The notes under the pieces were generated by a model, which was not told where the DNA came from, searched no databases, and worked only from the letters and a program-made list of their open reading frames with translations. The position numbers and the translations under genes were made by a program. Below are positions 27,955 to 38,804 of a stretch of DNA of 64,000 nucleotides, one piece after another. Source of the DNA: an uncultured Terriglobales bacterium (lineage in GTDB: Bacteria > Acidobacteriota > Terriglobia > Terriglobales > Acidobacteriaceae); contig CAYZHX010000001.1 in assembly GCA_964476905.1 (NCBI GenBank), forward strand, positions 16,712 to 80,711, given 5' to 3'. Each line of letters begins with the position of its first letter. Positions within the stretch are counted from its first letter, which is position 1.

Positions 27955-30213
27955 CTAACGGTAGCTCTCAAGTACTGCGGCGGCCCGGTTGAGTGCTTCT
28001 GTGAGCACGGCAATCTGCTCATGTAGGCGAGTCATATCACCCGCATCGATCGCTTCATTAACTCCAGGTATCACCACCGCTGCGTAGCCGGTGTAAACGC
28101 CTGGAGCGTAGATCGCGTGCCGAAACCAAGGACGATTCGGCAGGCCTTGCGGAATCAGCAATGCGCGTTCAGCGTCACTCAACGCGCGATTCAAGCGAAC
28201 AAGATCTGCCGCCGCAGAATTCTGCGCTTGTCGAATTTGTGTGCCGGCACGCTCGAACCGCTGCGCGGCAGCGATCGCATCGGCAAACGCTGGAGTCGGA
28301 GCGCCGAACGTTTGTTGCGCCTTGCTTTGTGCCTGCTGAATGTAGCTGACGATCTCGCGCCCGTAGAGTTCGTAGTCTTCCGGATAGTAGTCGGCGGCGG
28401 CCATGTGCAGCATCTCGATGCCGAAGACGCGCGCCATCTCCTGCTCGTATTTGAAATCGGGATCGCCGAATTTCATGAACCAGGCGAAGTTGTCGAACGC
28501 AGAATGGTAGACGCCGTATGGGCCTCCGGAACCGATGTCGGTCGAAGGCACTCCGAGTCGCTGCAGGAAGACGGAGTAGTCCGAGCCACTCCCCAGATCG
28601 CCAACTTCAACGTCCGTCTCGACCTTCGCGGCCGGTGGCCGATTCTGCGACCCTCCCAAATCGGGAGAGATGTTCTTCACACGATCTCGCGCGTTCTTCC
28701 AAACGTCATACACCGAGCCACCGCGGGGACTGGGAACTTGCTTCGTAACGTCGCGAACGAACTGTTTCAAAGCGGGAACGGCGCTGGCGCCGAAGTTCGG
28801 TCCAGCGACGCCGACGTCCATATTGAAATAAGCGGCGGCTTGCTCCAGTTCACGCGCATGCTGTTCACCCCATTCAGTCGATCCGATCATGCCTTCTTCT
28901 TCGCCATCCCAACTGCAGAAGACCAACGTTCGGCGCGGTTTCCAGCCGCTCTTCAGCAGATCCCCAACTCCGTGGACCGCTTCCAGCATCGCAGCTGTCC
29001 CGCTGTTCGGATCCACTGCGCCGTACACCCAGGCGTCGCGATGGTTGCCCCCGAGTACCCACTCGTCCGGAAATTCCGTTCCGCGGACTGTGCCGATTAC
29101 GTCCCAAATCGTCTTGAAGGGCGCGTCCATTTTGAGGTGCATCTTCACACGCACCGGACCAGGTCCGATGTGATAGGTAAACGGCAGCGCGCCCTGCCAC
29201 TCACGAGGCGACTCCGGTCCGGCAAGGTTCTGCATGATAGGGCTTGCATCTCCAAACGAAAGTGGCATTGTCGGGATCTTCGGCAGGTCGGTCGCGGACG
29301 CCGGTGGCGTGCGCTGGGAATCCGGCAAGTTCGGAAGCGACGCAGTGCCCGGCGTCGTGGGATCGCCCGCGTAGTAGAACGTGTAGTCAACGGAGCCGCG
29401 CTGAACTCCTGTTGGCGGCCGGAATGGACCTTTGGGGTACATGTCACCGCGGTAGTACCCATCATCAATCGGATCGGAGTAGATGATCACTCCCCGAGCG
29501 CCGTGCTCCTGCGCAACCAGGCTCTTCACTCCACGATAATTTCCGCCATAGCGGACGATCACTAGCTTGCCGCGCACATCGACTTTCATCGCCTCAAGCT
29601 GCTTGTAGTCCTGTGGACTGCCGTAATTGGCATAAACCACGTCGGCCTCGACATCGCCGGAGGGCGAGTACGCGTTGAAGGCCGGCAGAATACGCGGATC
29701 GTTCTGATAGGGATCGTCCGCCACCTGCTCGCGGCTAGGACCGTGCATTTTCACGTTCGGCGGCGCGGTAACGTCGATGCTGACTTCTTCCGGGAAAGAC
29801 AGCAAAACTTTGTACTCGACGATCTGAGTATCCAGCCCCGCCTCGCGAAGCTTCTGGGCAACATACTCGGCCGTTTTGCGATCCTCGGGAGATCCAGCGA
29901 CGTGCGGCGCCTGTGTCAAGGTGCGCAGATGCTGCTCGGCAAGCTTCGGGTCAGGAGAGGCATTGAATCTGCGATCGATCTCCCCCTGGCCGGCGAAGTT
30001 GCGAAACCCGAATACCTGCTCAGCCGTGTTTGTAGTCTGTGGGCTTGATCGGAATCCCGTAAGAACAAAGAAGGCACTAACGGCGATGGCGGAAATCCGC
30101 CTGCGAGAGGAAGACAAGAGTGGAAGCTCCGAGGAAGTTTGGAAACTAAAAAGAAGAGGGTAACATGCAGATTTCACGGCTGGGATGTCGAACACAGCAG
30201 CCCAAGCACACAA
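27955..30213 (-). CDS. M28-family peptidase, glutamate carboxypeptidase II / transferrin-receptor-like (PA + M28 + TfR dimerisation domains)
   Basis: Colinear with the NAALADase family (GNHRDAWVYGAVDPNSGTAAMLE, SWDGEEEGMIGSTEW, SGSDYSVFLQRLGVPS, YHSAFDNF). The likely real start is the in-frame TTG at 30117, giving a signal peptide SSSRRRISAIAVSAFFVL. Confidence 0.85.
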   Translation of the reverse strand: MCAWAAVFDIPAVKSACYPLLFSFQTSSELPLLSSSRRRISAIAVSAFFVLTGFRSSPQTTNTAEQVFGFRNFAGQGEIDRRFNASPDPKLAEQHLRTLTQAPHVAGSPEDRKTAEYVAQKLREAGLDTQIVEYKVLLSFPEEVSIDVTAPPNVKMHGPSREQVADDPYQNDPRILPAFNAYSPSGDVEADVVYANYGSPQDYKQLEAMKVDVRGKLVIVRYGGNYRGVKSLVAQEHGARGVIIYSDPIDDGYYRGDMYPKGPFRPPTGVQRGSVDYTFYYAGDPTTPGTASLPNLPDSQRTPPASATDLPKIPTMPLSFGDASPIMQNLAGPESPREWQGALPFTYHIGPGPVRVKMHLKMDAPFKTIWDVIGTVRGTEFPDEWVLGGNHRDAWVYGAVDPNSGTAAMLEAVHGVGDLLKSGWKPRRTLVFCSWDGEEEGMIGSTEWGEQHARELEQAAAYFNMDVGVAGPNFGASAVPALKQFVRDVTKQVPSPRGGSVYDVWKNARDRVKNISPDLGGSQNRPPAAKVETDVEVGDLGSGSDYSVFLQRLGVPSTDIGSGGPYGVYHSAFDNFAWFMKFGDPDFKYEQEMARVFGIEMLHMAAADYYPEDYELYGREIVSYIQQAQSKAQQTFGAPTPAFADAIAAAQRFERAGTQIRQAQNSAAADLVRLNRALSDAERALLIPQGLPNRPWFRHAIYAPGVYTGYAAVVIPGVNEAIDAGDMTRLHEQIAVLTEALNRAAAVLESYR

Positions 30214-30460
30214 GCCTAAACACCTGTCATCTTGAAGCGCTTTGCGCGAAGGATGTCCCGAAATCCTTCAGCCTTGAATGCTGTTACCAGGCTCCTTTCA
30301 CACACCTTCTAAGTTCCCGCTGGAGGAGCCCGGAAGATGCAATTAAGACCGGGGGCATTCCGGGAGATCCTTCGCACAATAGAAGCGCTTCAAGATGACA
30401 GAACCTTAACAATTGAAGGATTTCGAGCAAGAAAAGCATTCTGCCCAAAATGGAACGCCC

Positions 30461-31054
30461 TCAGATCGAATCGTGTTCCCCGTGCTTCTGCACGTACACC
30501 AGGGCGATGTTGCTGCCTCCACTTTCAGGCTTCACCGCGACGATGTGCTGCTTATCATCGATTCCAGTCTTTAGCTCGATCGTATTGTTGTCATCCCAAC
30601 GATAATTGGAACCCTTGCCGCGCTCACTTCCGCAGGTGAGCTGATTGCTGTCATTCTGGTCGCGATCGTGCAAACCGACCTCACCACCCTTGCACTCCAG
30701 AAATTTCCCGTATTTATGCTTGAGGTCCTGGCGGTACCACGCCAGCACTTTGTCCGGCGAATCCTCGCTGTGGAAGTTAAGTGCAATCACCTTCAGTTGT
30801 CCCCACGGGCTGCTGATATTCACGTTTGCCTGGTCGTGGTCGTGTCCCTCTTTGGGAACGAGCTTCGCCCCAGGATAGACATTCAGTCCAGTCTCTTCAG
30901 GCTTCACTTGGTCGGTGCGGACGCTGACGGAACCGAATGGTGTTTTCACATCAACGTTGTCGCCGTTGCCGCTTTTGCTGACATTCACGCATGCTGTGAG
31001 CGATAGGGCAGCAGCAATGATGGAGAGATAAACGAACTGGCTGCGCGATTTCAT
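30461..31054 (-). CDS. hypothetical lipoprotein
   Basis: Lipobox AAALSLTAC after a signal peptide. The start overlaps the GH3 stop by 4 nt. Confidence 0.6.
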   Translation of the reverse strand: MKSRSQFVYLSIIAAALSLTACVNVSKSGNGDNVDVKTPFGSVSVRTDQVKPEETGLNVYPGAKLVPKEGHDHDQANVNISSPWGQLKVIALNFHSEDSPDKVLAWYRQDLKHKYGKFLECKGGEVGLHDRDQNDSNQLTCGSERGKGSNYRWDDNNTIELKTGIDDKQHIVAVKPESGGSNIALVYVQKHGEHDSI

Positions 31055-32991
31055 TGGATTTGTGCGGCTCCTGAAGTTGCTTTCGGCAGCTCCGAGGCGA
31101 CTCGCATCTCTTCCGGCTTGAGCTGTAAGCCGAATCCGCGATCGGCGATGCCGGGGAGGCTCACCGGGAGCTTGCCTTTCACCTGTATCTCGCCGAAGAG
31201 CAGTTTTACTGCAGTGCGCTCCGACGTAGGCGCGTTCGAATACGTACAGATATACGTTGCCACATTGGGAAAGTTCATTGCCAGATATGGATTGCCCATG
31301 GCAATCACTGCCATCTTCGATCCAGCTGCGTCGAGCAACTGCTGCATGAGATTTCCCGTTGCGTCGTTCAGGCCAACCGTGTTTGTGAGCTGGCCGTTGA
31401 CGATGGTTTGTTTCGCGGCAGTCGGCACAACGTAAGCTGCGACCACAACCTTCTGCGCCTGCTTTGCAGCTTGCACGATCTCAGGCGATATGCCCGCAGC
31501 GATAGCCGAATCCACATAATAGACCTTAGTGCCGCGAGCTCTGCGCCGCAGTTCAAGCTCAAATACGCGGCCGTACTCGCTGCGCACATCGTCCGTGATC
31601 ACCACGCCAACTACTTGCGAGGTTGTCCCTGGATTTCGATACGATCCCGACTGTGCGTTCGTTCCCACGGATCTTGCTGCTGCAGGCAATGGAAGAACTT
31701 GCCCACCGTCCCGCACCAGAGTCACCGCGGCATCGGCGACCTGTTGCGCAAAATCAATGCTCTCCGGACGGCTCACGATGTATGGGATCTTGTCCATATC
31801 CACCAGCCGCGCTTTATAGAGCCCGAGCGACGCCTTGGCACGCAATACTTTCAGAACTGAAGCATCGATCTGCTGCTGCGAAATTTCCTTGTTGCGGACT
31901 GCCTGCAGCAGTCCAGTGAAGGCCCCGTCGAGATCAGACGGCAGCAGCACCATGTCGTTGCCTGCCTTCACGGCGTCCACAGCCGCTCGGCCGGAGGGAT
32001 TCGGTCCGTTTTCGGGATAGAGCCGTGTAAGGCCGTGCATTTCGAGAGCGTCGGTCACGATCAGACCTTGGAAATGGAGCTTGTCTTTGAGTAGATCGGT
32101 GACTATCTTGCGCGATGTCGTAGCAACCTTGTCGGTATCCGGTTCCAAAGCAGGAATGGTGACGTGAGCCACCATAATCGAATCCACTCCTGCTTCGACA
32201 GCCTTCTCAAATGGCGGCAGCTCGACCGAGTCAAGACGAGCGACATCGCCGGAAACCGTCGCCACACCCAAATGGGAGTCGGTCGCTGTATCGCCGTGTC
32301 CGGGAAAATGTTTCGCCGTACTCAGCAGTCCGTATTTCCGCGATCCCTCGACATATGCCGCCACCATCGCAGCAACCTGTTGCGGATCTTCTCCGAAGGA
32401 TCGTGTGTTGATGATGGGATTCTTGGGATTGATGTTTACGTCTGCTACAGGAAAATAGTTCCAGTGCACGCCAATTGCGCGCGATTCCTGCGCCGTGATC
32501 TCTGCAAACTTTTCTTCGAAGTCAGGATTGTAGGTCGCGCCGAAGGCCATTGCGTGCGGGAACGCCGGAGTTTCGTTCAGACGCATCGAGAGGCCGCGTT
32601 CAAAGTCGGCGGCAACCAGCAAAGGCAGCTTCGATTCCTTCTGCAGCATGTTAGTGACTGCAGCGGCTTCGTAAGGCAGATCGCGCACGAGCAGTCCGTC
32701 GGAAACGCGAACAGTAAGGATGATGGAGCCGAGGTGATATTTCTTGATGGCATCGCGAACCTGGCGGTATTCGTCGCTCTCGACATTGAGAAAATCGGCA
32801 TAGGCGCGAATCTGGATCATCTGCCCGATTTTCTCTTCAAGCGACATCTTCTTGAGCGTCTTCTCCGCCCATTTGTTTCCGTCGGAAGTGAGCTGTACCG
32901 GGCCGGCTTTTACATACTTTTCTTCTTTCGCAGCGGCAGGCAAGACCAGCAGCAGAATTAAGAAGACAGCACGCACATGCAATTTAAACAT
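31051..32991 (-). CDS. glycoside hydrolase family 3 (NagZ/beta-glucosidase-like), secreted
   Basis: Signal peptide. GH3 motifs KHFPGHGDTATDSH and GLIVTDALEM. C-terminal alpha/beta sandwich domain. Confidence 0.85.
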   Translation of the reverse strand: MFKLHVRAVFLILLLVLPAAAKEEKYVKAGPVQLTSDGNKWAEKTLKKMSLEEKIGQMIQIRAYADFLNVESDEYRQVRDAIKKYHLGSIILTVRVSDGLLVRDLPYEAAAVTNMLQKESKLPLLVAADFERGLSMRLNETPAFPHAMAFGATYNPDFEEKFAEITAQESRAIGVHWNYFPVADVNINPKNPIINTRSFGEDPQQVAAMVAAYVEGSRKYGLLSTAKHFPGHGDTATDSHLGVATVSGDVARLDSVELPPFEKAVEAGVDSIMVAHVTIPALEPDTDKVATTSRKIVTDLLKDKLHFQGLIVTDALEMHGLTRLYPENGPNPSGRAAVDAVKAGNDMVLLPSDLDGAFTGLLQAVRNKEISQQQIDASVLKVLRAKASLGLYKARLVDMDKIPYIVSRPESIDFAQQVADAAVTLVRDGGQVLPLPAAARSVGTNAQSGSYRNPGTTSQVVGVVITDDVRSEYGRVFELELRRRARGTKVYYVDSAIAAGISPEIVQAAKQAQKVVVAAYVVPTAAKQTIVNGQLTNTVGLNDATGNLMQQLLDAAGSKMAVIAMGNPYLAMNFPNVATYICTYSNAPTSERTAVKLLFGEIQVKGKLPVSLPGIADRGFGLQLKPEEMRVASELPKATSGAAQIQ

Positions 32992-33014
32992 GCAGGCAAG
33001 ATATCAGGTCGAAA

Positions 33015-34193
33015 TCATTTCTTGGTAGGACCAGGCGAGTAGCCCTTCCAGACGTACTCAAGCGCTTCGGCGAGCGTCTGCTGCTTGACCGCTCGATCCA
33101 CATGGCCGGCATTGCGGGCGAATACGAACTGGTAGTGATATCCCTTGGCCGCGAGCGCCTGTGCCATGCGCTCGTTCGCGAGCACCCAATCATGCATGTT
33201 GTCGCGCATGGCATTTGGATTGAGAAAGTCGCGATCACCAACTTCCATCCAAATTCTTATCGGTTTGCGCGGACTATTCGGAATCAGGTGCTCGTGGAAC
33301 CCCCAAGCTCCGTGTGGCGTCTGCGCATCATACGGCCACTGCTGGTTTACGAATGTTCCAGAATAGGAAAGGACTCGATGGTATAGCTCCGGGTGATACC
33401 ACGCCATGATCAACGCGCACGAGGCGCCCGAGCTGCCGCCGGTCGTAGCCCGTCCTTCGGCATCCTTCGTGAGCTTCACGTGAGCTTGCATTTCAACTTG
33501 AGGCAGGACTTCGCTCTCAACAAACTCGGCGTACTTTCCCGACATCGTGTCGTACTCCAGGCCGCGTTCACTGCCCTGTGCGTCACCGCCTCCATTGCCG
33601 ATGGAAATCGCAACCATCGGCGGAAGCTTATGCTGAGCAATGAGAGAGTCGACAGTGAGGAAGAGTAGCCGGTCCGGGCCATCGGCTCCCACGATGAACG
33701 GAGCAACGCTGCCAGGAACGTACTGCTTTGGCACATACACCGCGACTTTGCGCGCATAGGGAGCGGGATGGCTCGTGCTAACGATTAGTTTGGCCGGATC
33801 GGCAGGATCGGGCGTTCCGAACGTATTCGGCTCTCTCGCTATTCCTGGATAAATCTTGCTGTCCACCGAGTTCATCGTGAACTCGACGACCGTCCCATTC
33901 GCCAGAGTATCGTCGGCTGCCTGAACAACCGTAGAGATCTCAGGAGCTGGATTGTGCGTCGGCCCAAGGATGAAGTTCCCGTCTGAATCCGGCGAAGGTA
34001 CCGAGCCGTCAGGCAATTCCGTAGCAGCGACGAAACCGGGTGTGTGCGGATCGCGCGTCGGCATGGGTGGACGAGGAGGATGTTGAGCCGGCGCGGGGGC
34101 TTGTGCCAGAAGGGGAGAAAGGACAAGCAGAAGAATGAGAGCCCGGAGAACGCTTGCGGATACCATACGCGTACACGATTGGAAGAAAGGCAT
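33015..34193 (-). CDS. secreted esterase (enterochelin-esterase-like alpha/beta hydrolase)
   Basis: Signal peptide and a Pro-rich linker. Nucleophile elbow GGSSGASCAL. The C-terminal HD/H context is typical of the putative-esterase family. Confidence 0.65.
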   Translation of the reverse strand: MPFFQSCTRMVSASVLRALILLLVLSPLLAQAPAPAQHPPRPPMPTRDPHTPGFVAATELPDGSVPSPDSDGNFILGPTHNPAPEISTVVQAADDTLANGTVVEFTMNSVDSKIYPGIAREPNTFGTPDPADPAKLIVSTSHPAPYARKVAVYVPKQYVPGSVAPFIVGADGPDRLLFLTVDSLIAQHKLPPMVAISIGNGGGDAQGSERGLEYDTMSGKYAEFVESEVLPQVEMQAHVKLTKDAEGRATTGGSSGASCALIMAWYHPELYHRVLSYSGTFVNQQWPYDAQTPHGAWGFHEHLIPNSPRKPIRIWMEVGDRDFLNPNAMRDNMHDWVLANERMAQALAAKGYHYQFVFARNAGHVDRAVKQQTLAEALEYVWKGYSPGPTKK

Positions 34194-34500
34194 GCGCAGA
34201 ATTATCGCAGCGAATGGCTTGGGCGTTGCGATTGCCCGCGCGCACGAGCTTTTCGCGAAGCTGCCAACATGAAGAGACCCTGGCCAAGGGCGCCCTATTG
34301 GAGTGAACTATCATGAGTATTGCGCTTTCCCGATACGATCTTCGCGTGGAATGCCGCACGGCTGCGAGTGCCCATTGCGCCGTTTGGCGCGAGTCTCTGC
34401 CTACTCTCCGTGCTATAGTAAGCGCACTTATTGCGCCATAACCCCGAATGGCCGGACGGATACGTTCGATCTGCAAGCAGTGCCGCGCCAGGGCATAAGA

Positions 34501-36576
34501 ATGTCCACGACTCCCACCACTAAGGCTGCGGCTAGCTCCAACACACGTGTGCTGCCTCTGCTGGTGACGTTTGATCAAGAGCCCCGGATTCGGCAGATCA
34601 TTAGTGACCTCTCGCGATATCGGCGCGCTTCTTTTGAAGGATTACTGGAACTGCCGGCCGACCTTGAACGGGTGCTGATCAGTGGCGACGAATCACTGCT
34701 TCTCACGCATTACGACGAACTTCGCCGTCCCAATCTGCGGCTGATTGCGCTCACCGATCATCGCTTTCACGATCCGCGCCTCGACGCGCTTGTCTACGCG
34801 TATTTGCCGTCGAACACGCCGTTGCCGCTGCTGGAGCGGACCGTAGACAACGCTCTGGATCACGTACACCTGATTCACGTACGCGAGCAAGTGAACCAGA
34901 GGCTGCGCGGAGTGACCCGCGAAATTCAGGAGCTCAACAAGATTGGCGCCGCTTTGTCTGCCGAACATCGTTTGGACCGGCTGCTCGAGCTAATTCTGAC
35001 GAAGTGTCGCGAAATTACGAATGCCGATGCAGGATCACTGTACTTGGTCGAAGGAACACCGGAGGAGAAGCGTGTAGCACCGACTTCCAACCCTGCGATT
35101 GGGGGCACGGCCCCATCGAGTGGCCTGCCTGCGGCTCAACTCTTGAAGACGCCTGACGAAGAGCCTAGGCGAAAGTTCCTGCGTTTCAAGCTCGCGCAAA
35201 ACGATTCGATCGAAGTTCCATTCAGGGAATCTACCATCGAGATTAGTCACAATTCCATCGCCGGGTATGTTGCTGATACTGGCAGTGTGGTTAATATCGA
35301 CGACGCGTACCATCTGCCTCCCGACGTCCCATACAGCATCAACCGCAAATTCGATGAAGACTCGGGATACCGTACGCGCTCGATTCTTGCCGTTCCCCTA
35401 CACGATCAGAAAGAGCACATCGTCGGGGTGCTGCAGCTTATCAACGCGAAGCGCGACGGCAAAGCTAAGTTGAGCTCGGTGCAAGTGATGAACCAGCAGG
35501 TGATTCCATTTGGACATCGCCAGCAAGACGTCGTCACGTCGCTCGCGAGCCAGGCGGCGGTAGCCATCGAGAACAGCCGCTTATACGAGAACATCCACCG
35601 CTTGTTTGAAGGTTTTGTGCGCGCCTCAGTCATCGCTATCGAAGCGCGAGACCCGACTACCTCAGGTCATTCATTTCGTGTGGCCAATCTCACTGTAGCG
35701 CTAGCCGAGGCAGTTCAGCGCATTGAAACTGGACCATACGCAAACCTGCGATTCACGCGTGAAGAAATGCGCGAAATTCGCTACGCGTCGCTACTGCACG
35801 ATTTCGGCAAAGTCGGAGTGCGCGAGGAGGTACTGGTCAAAGCCAAGAAGCTTTATCCGGCGCAGTTGGAACTGGTAAAGCAGCGCTTTGATTTCGTGAA
35901 GAGATCAATCCAAGCTGAAAAGCTGCAGCAGCGCCTCGAGTACGTATTGGCTAAAGGCCGCGAAGAATACATGCAGAAAATCGGCCGTTTTGACGATGAT
36001 TTGCGGCGGCAACTAGAGGAAGTCGATCACTATTTCGAGACTGTTCTAAGTGCGGACGAGCCCACTGTGTTGCCCGAGGGAAGTTTCGAGAGGCTATCCG
36101 AAATTGCCGCTCGGTATTACCAGGATTTCGATGGCAGTGAGAAACCTCTGCTCACTCCTGATGAGGTTCGCATGCTCTCGATCCGCAAAGGGTCACTCGA
36201 TGAGAACGAGCGTCTTCAAATCGAATCCCACGTCGTGCATACAGTGAATTTCCTTCAGCAGATCCCGTGGACGTCGGAGATCCGCAACATTCCCGAGATT
36301 GCACGCGGTCATCACGAAAAGCTGAATGGGCAGGGATACCCGTATAAGCTCTCCGCGCCGGAAATTCCGGTCCAGACACGAATGATGACAATCTCGGACA
36401 TCTTCGACGCGCTCTCCGCCGCAGACCGGCCATACAAAGACTCGGTCAACCTCGAGCGCGCGCTAGACATTCTCAAGCTCGCCGTTGATGACGGCGAGTT
36501 GGATCCCTCGCTGTTCAAGATCTTTCTTGATGCAAAGGTGTACGAAAAATGGAAGGTCGAGCCTCATCCTTACTGA
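34501..36576 (+). CDS. HD-GYP domain phosphodiesterase with N-terminal receiver-like and GAF domains
   Basis: ORF trimmed to ATG 34501 (MSTTPTT). GAF-like middle domain. HD-GYP motifs GHSFRVANL, LLHDFGK, HHEKLNGQGYPYKL. Confidence 0.8.
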   Translation: MSTTPTTKAAASSNTRVLPLLVTFDQEPRIRQIISDLSRYRRASFEGLLELPADLERVLISGDESLLLTHYDELRRPNLRLIALTDHRFHDPRLDALVYAYLPSNTPLPLLERTVDNALDHVHLIHVREQVNQRLRGVTREIQELNKIGAALSAEHRLDRLLELILTKCREITNADAGSLYLVEGTPEEKRVAPTSNPAIGGTAPSSGLPAAQLLKTPDEEPRRKFLRFKLAQNDSIEVPFRESTIEISHNSIAGYVADTGSVVNIDDAYHLPPDVPYSINRKFDEDSGYRTRSILAVPLHDQKEHIVGVLQLINAKRDGKAKLSSVQVMNQQVIPFGHRQQDVVTSLASQAAVAIENSRLYENIHRLFEGFVRASVIAIEARDPTTSGHSFRVANLTVALAEAVQRIETGPYANLRFTREEMREIRYASLLHDFGKVGVREEVLVKAKKLYPAQLELVKQRFDFVKRSIQAEKLQQRLEYVLAKGREEYMQKIGRFDDDLRRQLEEVDHYFETVLSADEPTVLPEGSFERLSEIAARYYQDFDGSEKPLLTPDEVRMLSIRKGSLDENERLQIESHVVHTVNFLQQIPWTSEIRNIPEIARGHHEKLNGQGYPYKLSAPEIPVQTRMMTISDIFDALSAADRPYKDSVNLERALDILKLAVDDGELDPSLFKIFLDAKVYEKWKVEPHPY

Positions 36577-36644
36577 CGCATTGAGAGACCGCTGGCGGGT
36601 TCGCTGCGGGTCCTCGAAACCCATACATTTATACTGAACTCACG

Positions 36645-37358
36645 ATGTCGAAGGTCTTCAATCGTGTTCTTTTGAAACTCTCGGGAGAGGCTCTGGCAGC
36701 GGGTCAGGGCTTTGGAGTGGATGTGACCCGCGTACATGAGATTGCGGGCGAGATCGCGGAGGTGCACGAACTCGGAGTGCAGGTCGCCATCGTTGTTGGC
36801 GGCGGAAATTTCTTTCGCGGTGTGGCCGAGCAGGCCCGCGACATGGATCGTGTCTCCGCAGATCATATGGGTATGCTCGCCACCATGATCAACTCCCTCG
36901 CCCTGCAGGACGCGCTGGAGAAGCGCAACGTGCATACACGCGTGATGTCGGCGATTGAGATGAATCAAGTAGCAGAGCCGTTCATTCGCCGCCGCGCTAT
37001 TCGGCATTTGGAAAAAGATCGCGTCGTGATCTTCGGCGCAGGCACCGGAAATCCGTACTTTTCGACCGACACTGCTGCATCGCTTCGCGCGATGGAGGTG
37101 AAGGCAGACGTGATCTTAAAAGCAACTAAAGTCGATGGTATCTACGACGCCGATCCCTTTCTCGTCAAAGACGCTACGATGTTCCAGCAGATTACGTACA
37201 TGGAAATCATCAAGCTTGGTCTGAAGGTAATGGACACCACCGCGATCAGCCTGTGCAAAGACAACAATCTGCCCATGATCATTTTCAACCTGAATAAGCG
37301 TGGGAATATCCGGCGAGTGATTACTGGGGAAAAAATCGGATCCCTCGTTTGCGCGTAG
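36645..37358 (+). CDS. pyrH: UMP kinase PyrH
   Basis: [33 protein letters not shown]. Confidence 0.95.
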   Translation: MSKVFNRVLLKLSGEALAAGQGFGVDVTRVHEIAGEIAEVHELGVQVAIVVGGGNFFRGVAEQARDMDRVSADHMGMLATMINSLALQDALEKRNVHTRVMSAIEMNQVAEPFIRRRAIRHLEKDRVVIFGAGTGNPYFSTDTAASLRAMEVKADVILKATKVDGIYDADPFLVKDATMFQQITYMEIIKLGLKVMDTTAISLCKDNNLPMIIFNLNKRGNIRRVITGEKIGSLVCA

Positions 37359-37631
37359 CATAGCTCTGGTCATTCAGGCGCCAAAGAAAAGACGATTTGT
37401 TCGCAGTCTGCATACCATTGTGCGCAAGTCCCTGCCTCACTGAACCGTTAGTAAATCGCTAACTCCTGGATCAGAGCATCACCGAATTCACCTCTGCTAA
37501 GGCCGCGTCCGCGAATGTAGATGCGATCTCTCGAGCTCAACCATCAACCGCTGCGTCGATTCACGAGTGATACACTGAGAAGTTTTGTCTGCGCCCCCAA
37601 TTCGTATATCCCTTTTCCGGAGAAGTTTTTG

Positions 37632-38687
37632 ATGCCCGAAACCATGCAGGCCATCGTCAAGCCGCAGGCGGCGCCTGGTTCAGAGGTGCGTCAAGTCCCA
37701 CTGCCCGAGATCGGCCCTAATGACGTTCTCGTGAAAGTAAAAGTTGCTTCGATTTGCGGCACGGACCTCCACATTTACGAGTGGGACGCATGGGCGCAGA
37801 AGCGCATTCGTCCGCCACTGGTTCCCGGCCATGAGTTTTGCGGCACTGTAGCGGCTGTAGGACGCGAGGTCACCAGCGTGAAGGAGGGTGACTTCGTCTC
37901 GGCGGAGATGCATGTGAACTGCGGCAAATGCCTGCAGTGCCGCACCGGCGAAGCGCACATTTGCCAGCGCGTAAAAATCATCGGAGTCGATGCCGACGGT
38001 GCCTTCGCCGATTACGTCAAGATTCCCGAATCGAACATCTGGAAACTCGACCCGTCAATACCTGCTGACTACGCATCGATTCTGGATCCACTTGGTAATG
38101 CCGTACACACCGTGCTTGCGGGCGAAATCGCGGCCAAGACCGTGGCAGTGATTGGCTGTGGTCCTATCGGACTATTTTCCATCGCGGTTGCGCGCGCAGT
38201 AGGAGCATCCCAAGTTTTCGCACTTGAAGTAAACGAGCATCGGCGCAAGCTGGCGAAAGCAATGAAGGCAGATCACGTATGCGACCCGAGCAAAGACAAT
38301 GTGAAGAAGTTCGTGCTCGAGCGCACCGACGGAACCGGAATTGACGTAGTGCTGGAAATGTCCGGCCATCCGGATGGCATCAAGACCGGATTCGACATTC
38401 TGCGCCTTGGCGGTCGTGTGTCTCTACTCGGAATTCCCTCTGTACCCATCAAAATGAATTTCGCTGAAGATCTCATCTTTAAAGGCGCAATCGTGCAGGG
38501 AATTAATGGTCGGCTCATGTATAAGACCTGGTACCAGATGCAAGCTTTGTTGAAGACGGGCAAACTTGACTTGTCCCCGGTGATCACCGACCGGATGCCG
38601 CTAAAAGAGTTCAGCAAAGGCATGGAGCGGCTTAAGTCGGGCGAGGCCAGCAAGATTCTTCTCTATCCGAATGGCACGGGGAAGTAA
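37632..38687 (+). CDS. tdh: L-threonine 3-dehydrogenase
   Basis: ORF trimmed to ATG 37632. Zinc-ADH motifs ICGTDLHIYEWDAW, GHEFCG, and structural zinc CGKCLQCRTGEAHIC. Nucleotide motif VIGCGPIG. Confidence 0.85.
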   Translation: MPETMQAIVKPQAAPGSEVRQVPLPEIGPNDVLVKVKVASICGTDLHIYEWDAWAQKRIRPPLVPGHEFCGTVAAVGREVTSVKEGDFVSAEMHVNCGKCLQCRTGEAHICQRVKIIGVDADGAFADYVKIPESNIWKLDPSIPADYASILDPLGNAVHTVLAGEIAAKTVAVIGCGPIGLFSIAVARAVGASQVFALEVNEHRRKLAKAMKADHVCDPSKDNVKKFVLERTDGTGIDVVLEMSGHPDGIKTGFDILRLGGRVSLLGIPSVPIKMNFAEDLIFKGAIVQGINGRLMYKTWYQMQALLKTGKLDLSPVITDRMPLKEFSKGMERLKSGEASKILLYPNGTGK

Positions 38688-38804
38688 GGGCGCCTTTGTT
38701 CAGCAGAGGATACGTAACGCCAAAGAGAATGGACAGTCAGGTCCTCTGTTTTATGTTCTGCGTCTGTGTTCTCCGTGTTCTCTGTGGTTAAATCTCCATT
38801 CACC

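Noticed and set aside
28117-29565. 482-aa ORF antisense to the M28 peptidase gene. Similar long antisense ORFs lie at 32164-32961, 41281-41847, 10802-11422, 5437-6069 and 45005-45655.
   Set aside because: All lie opposite genes with clear family signatures and show shadow-ORF composition. No independent evidence supports them.
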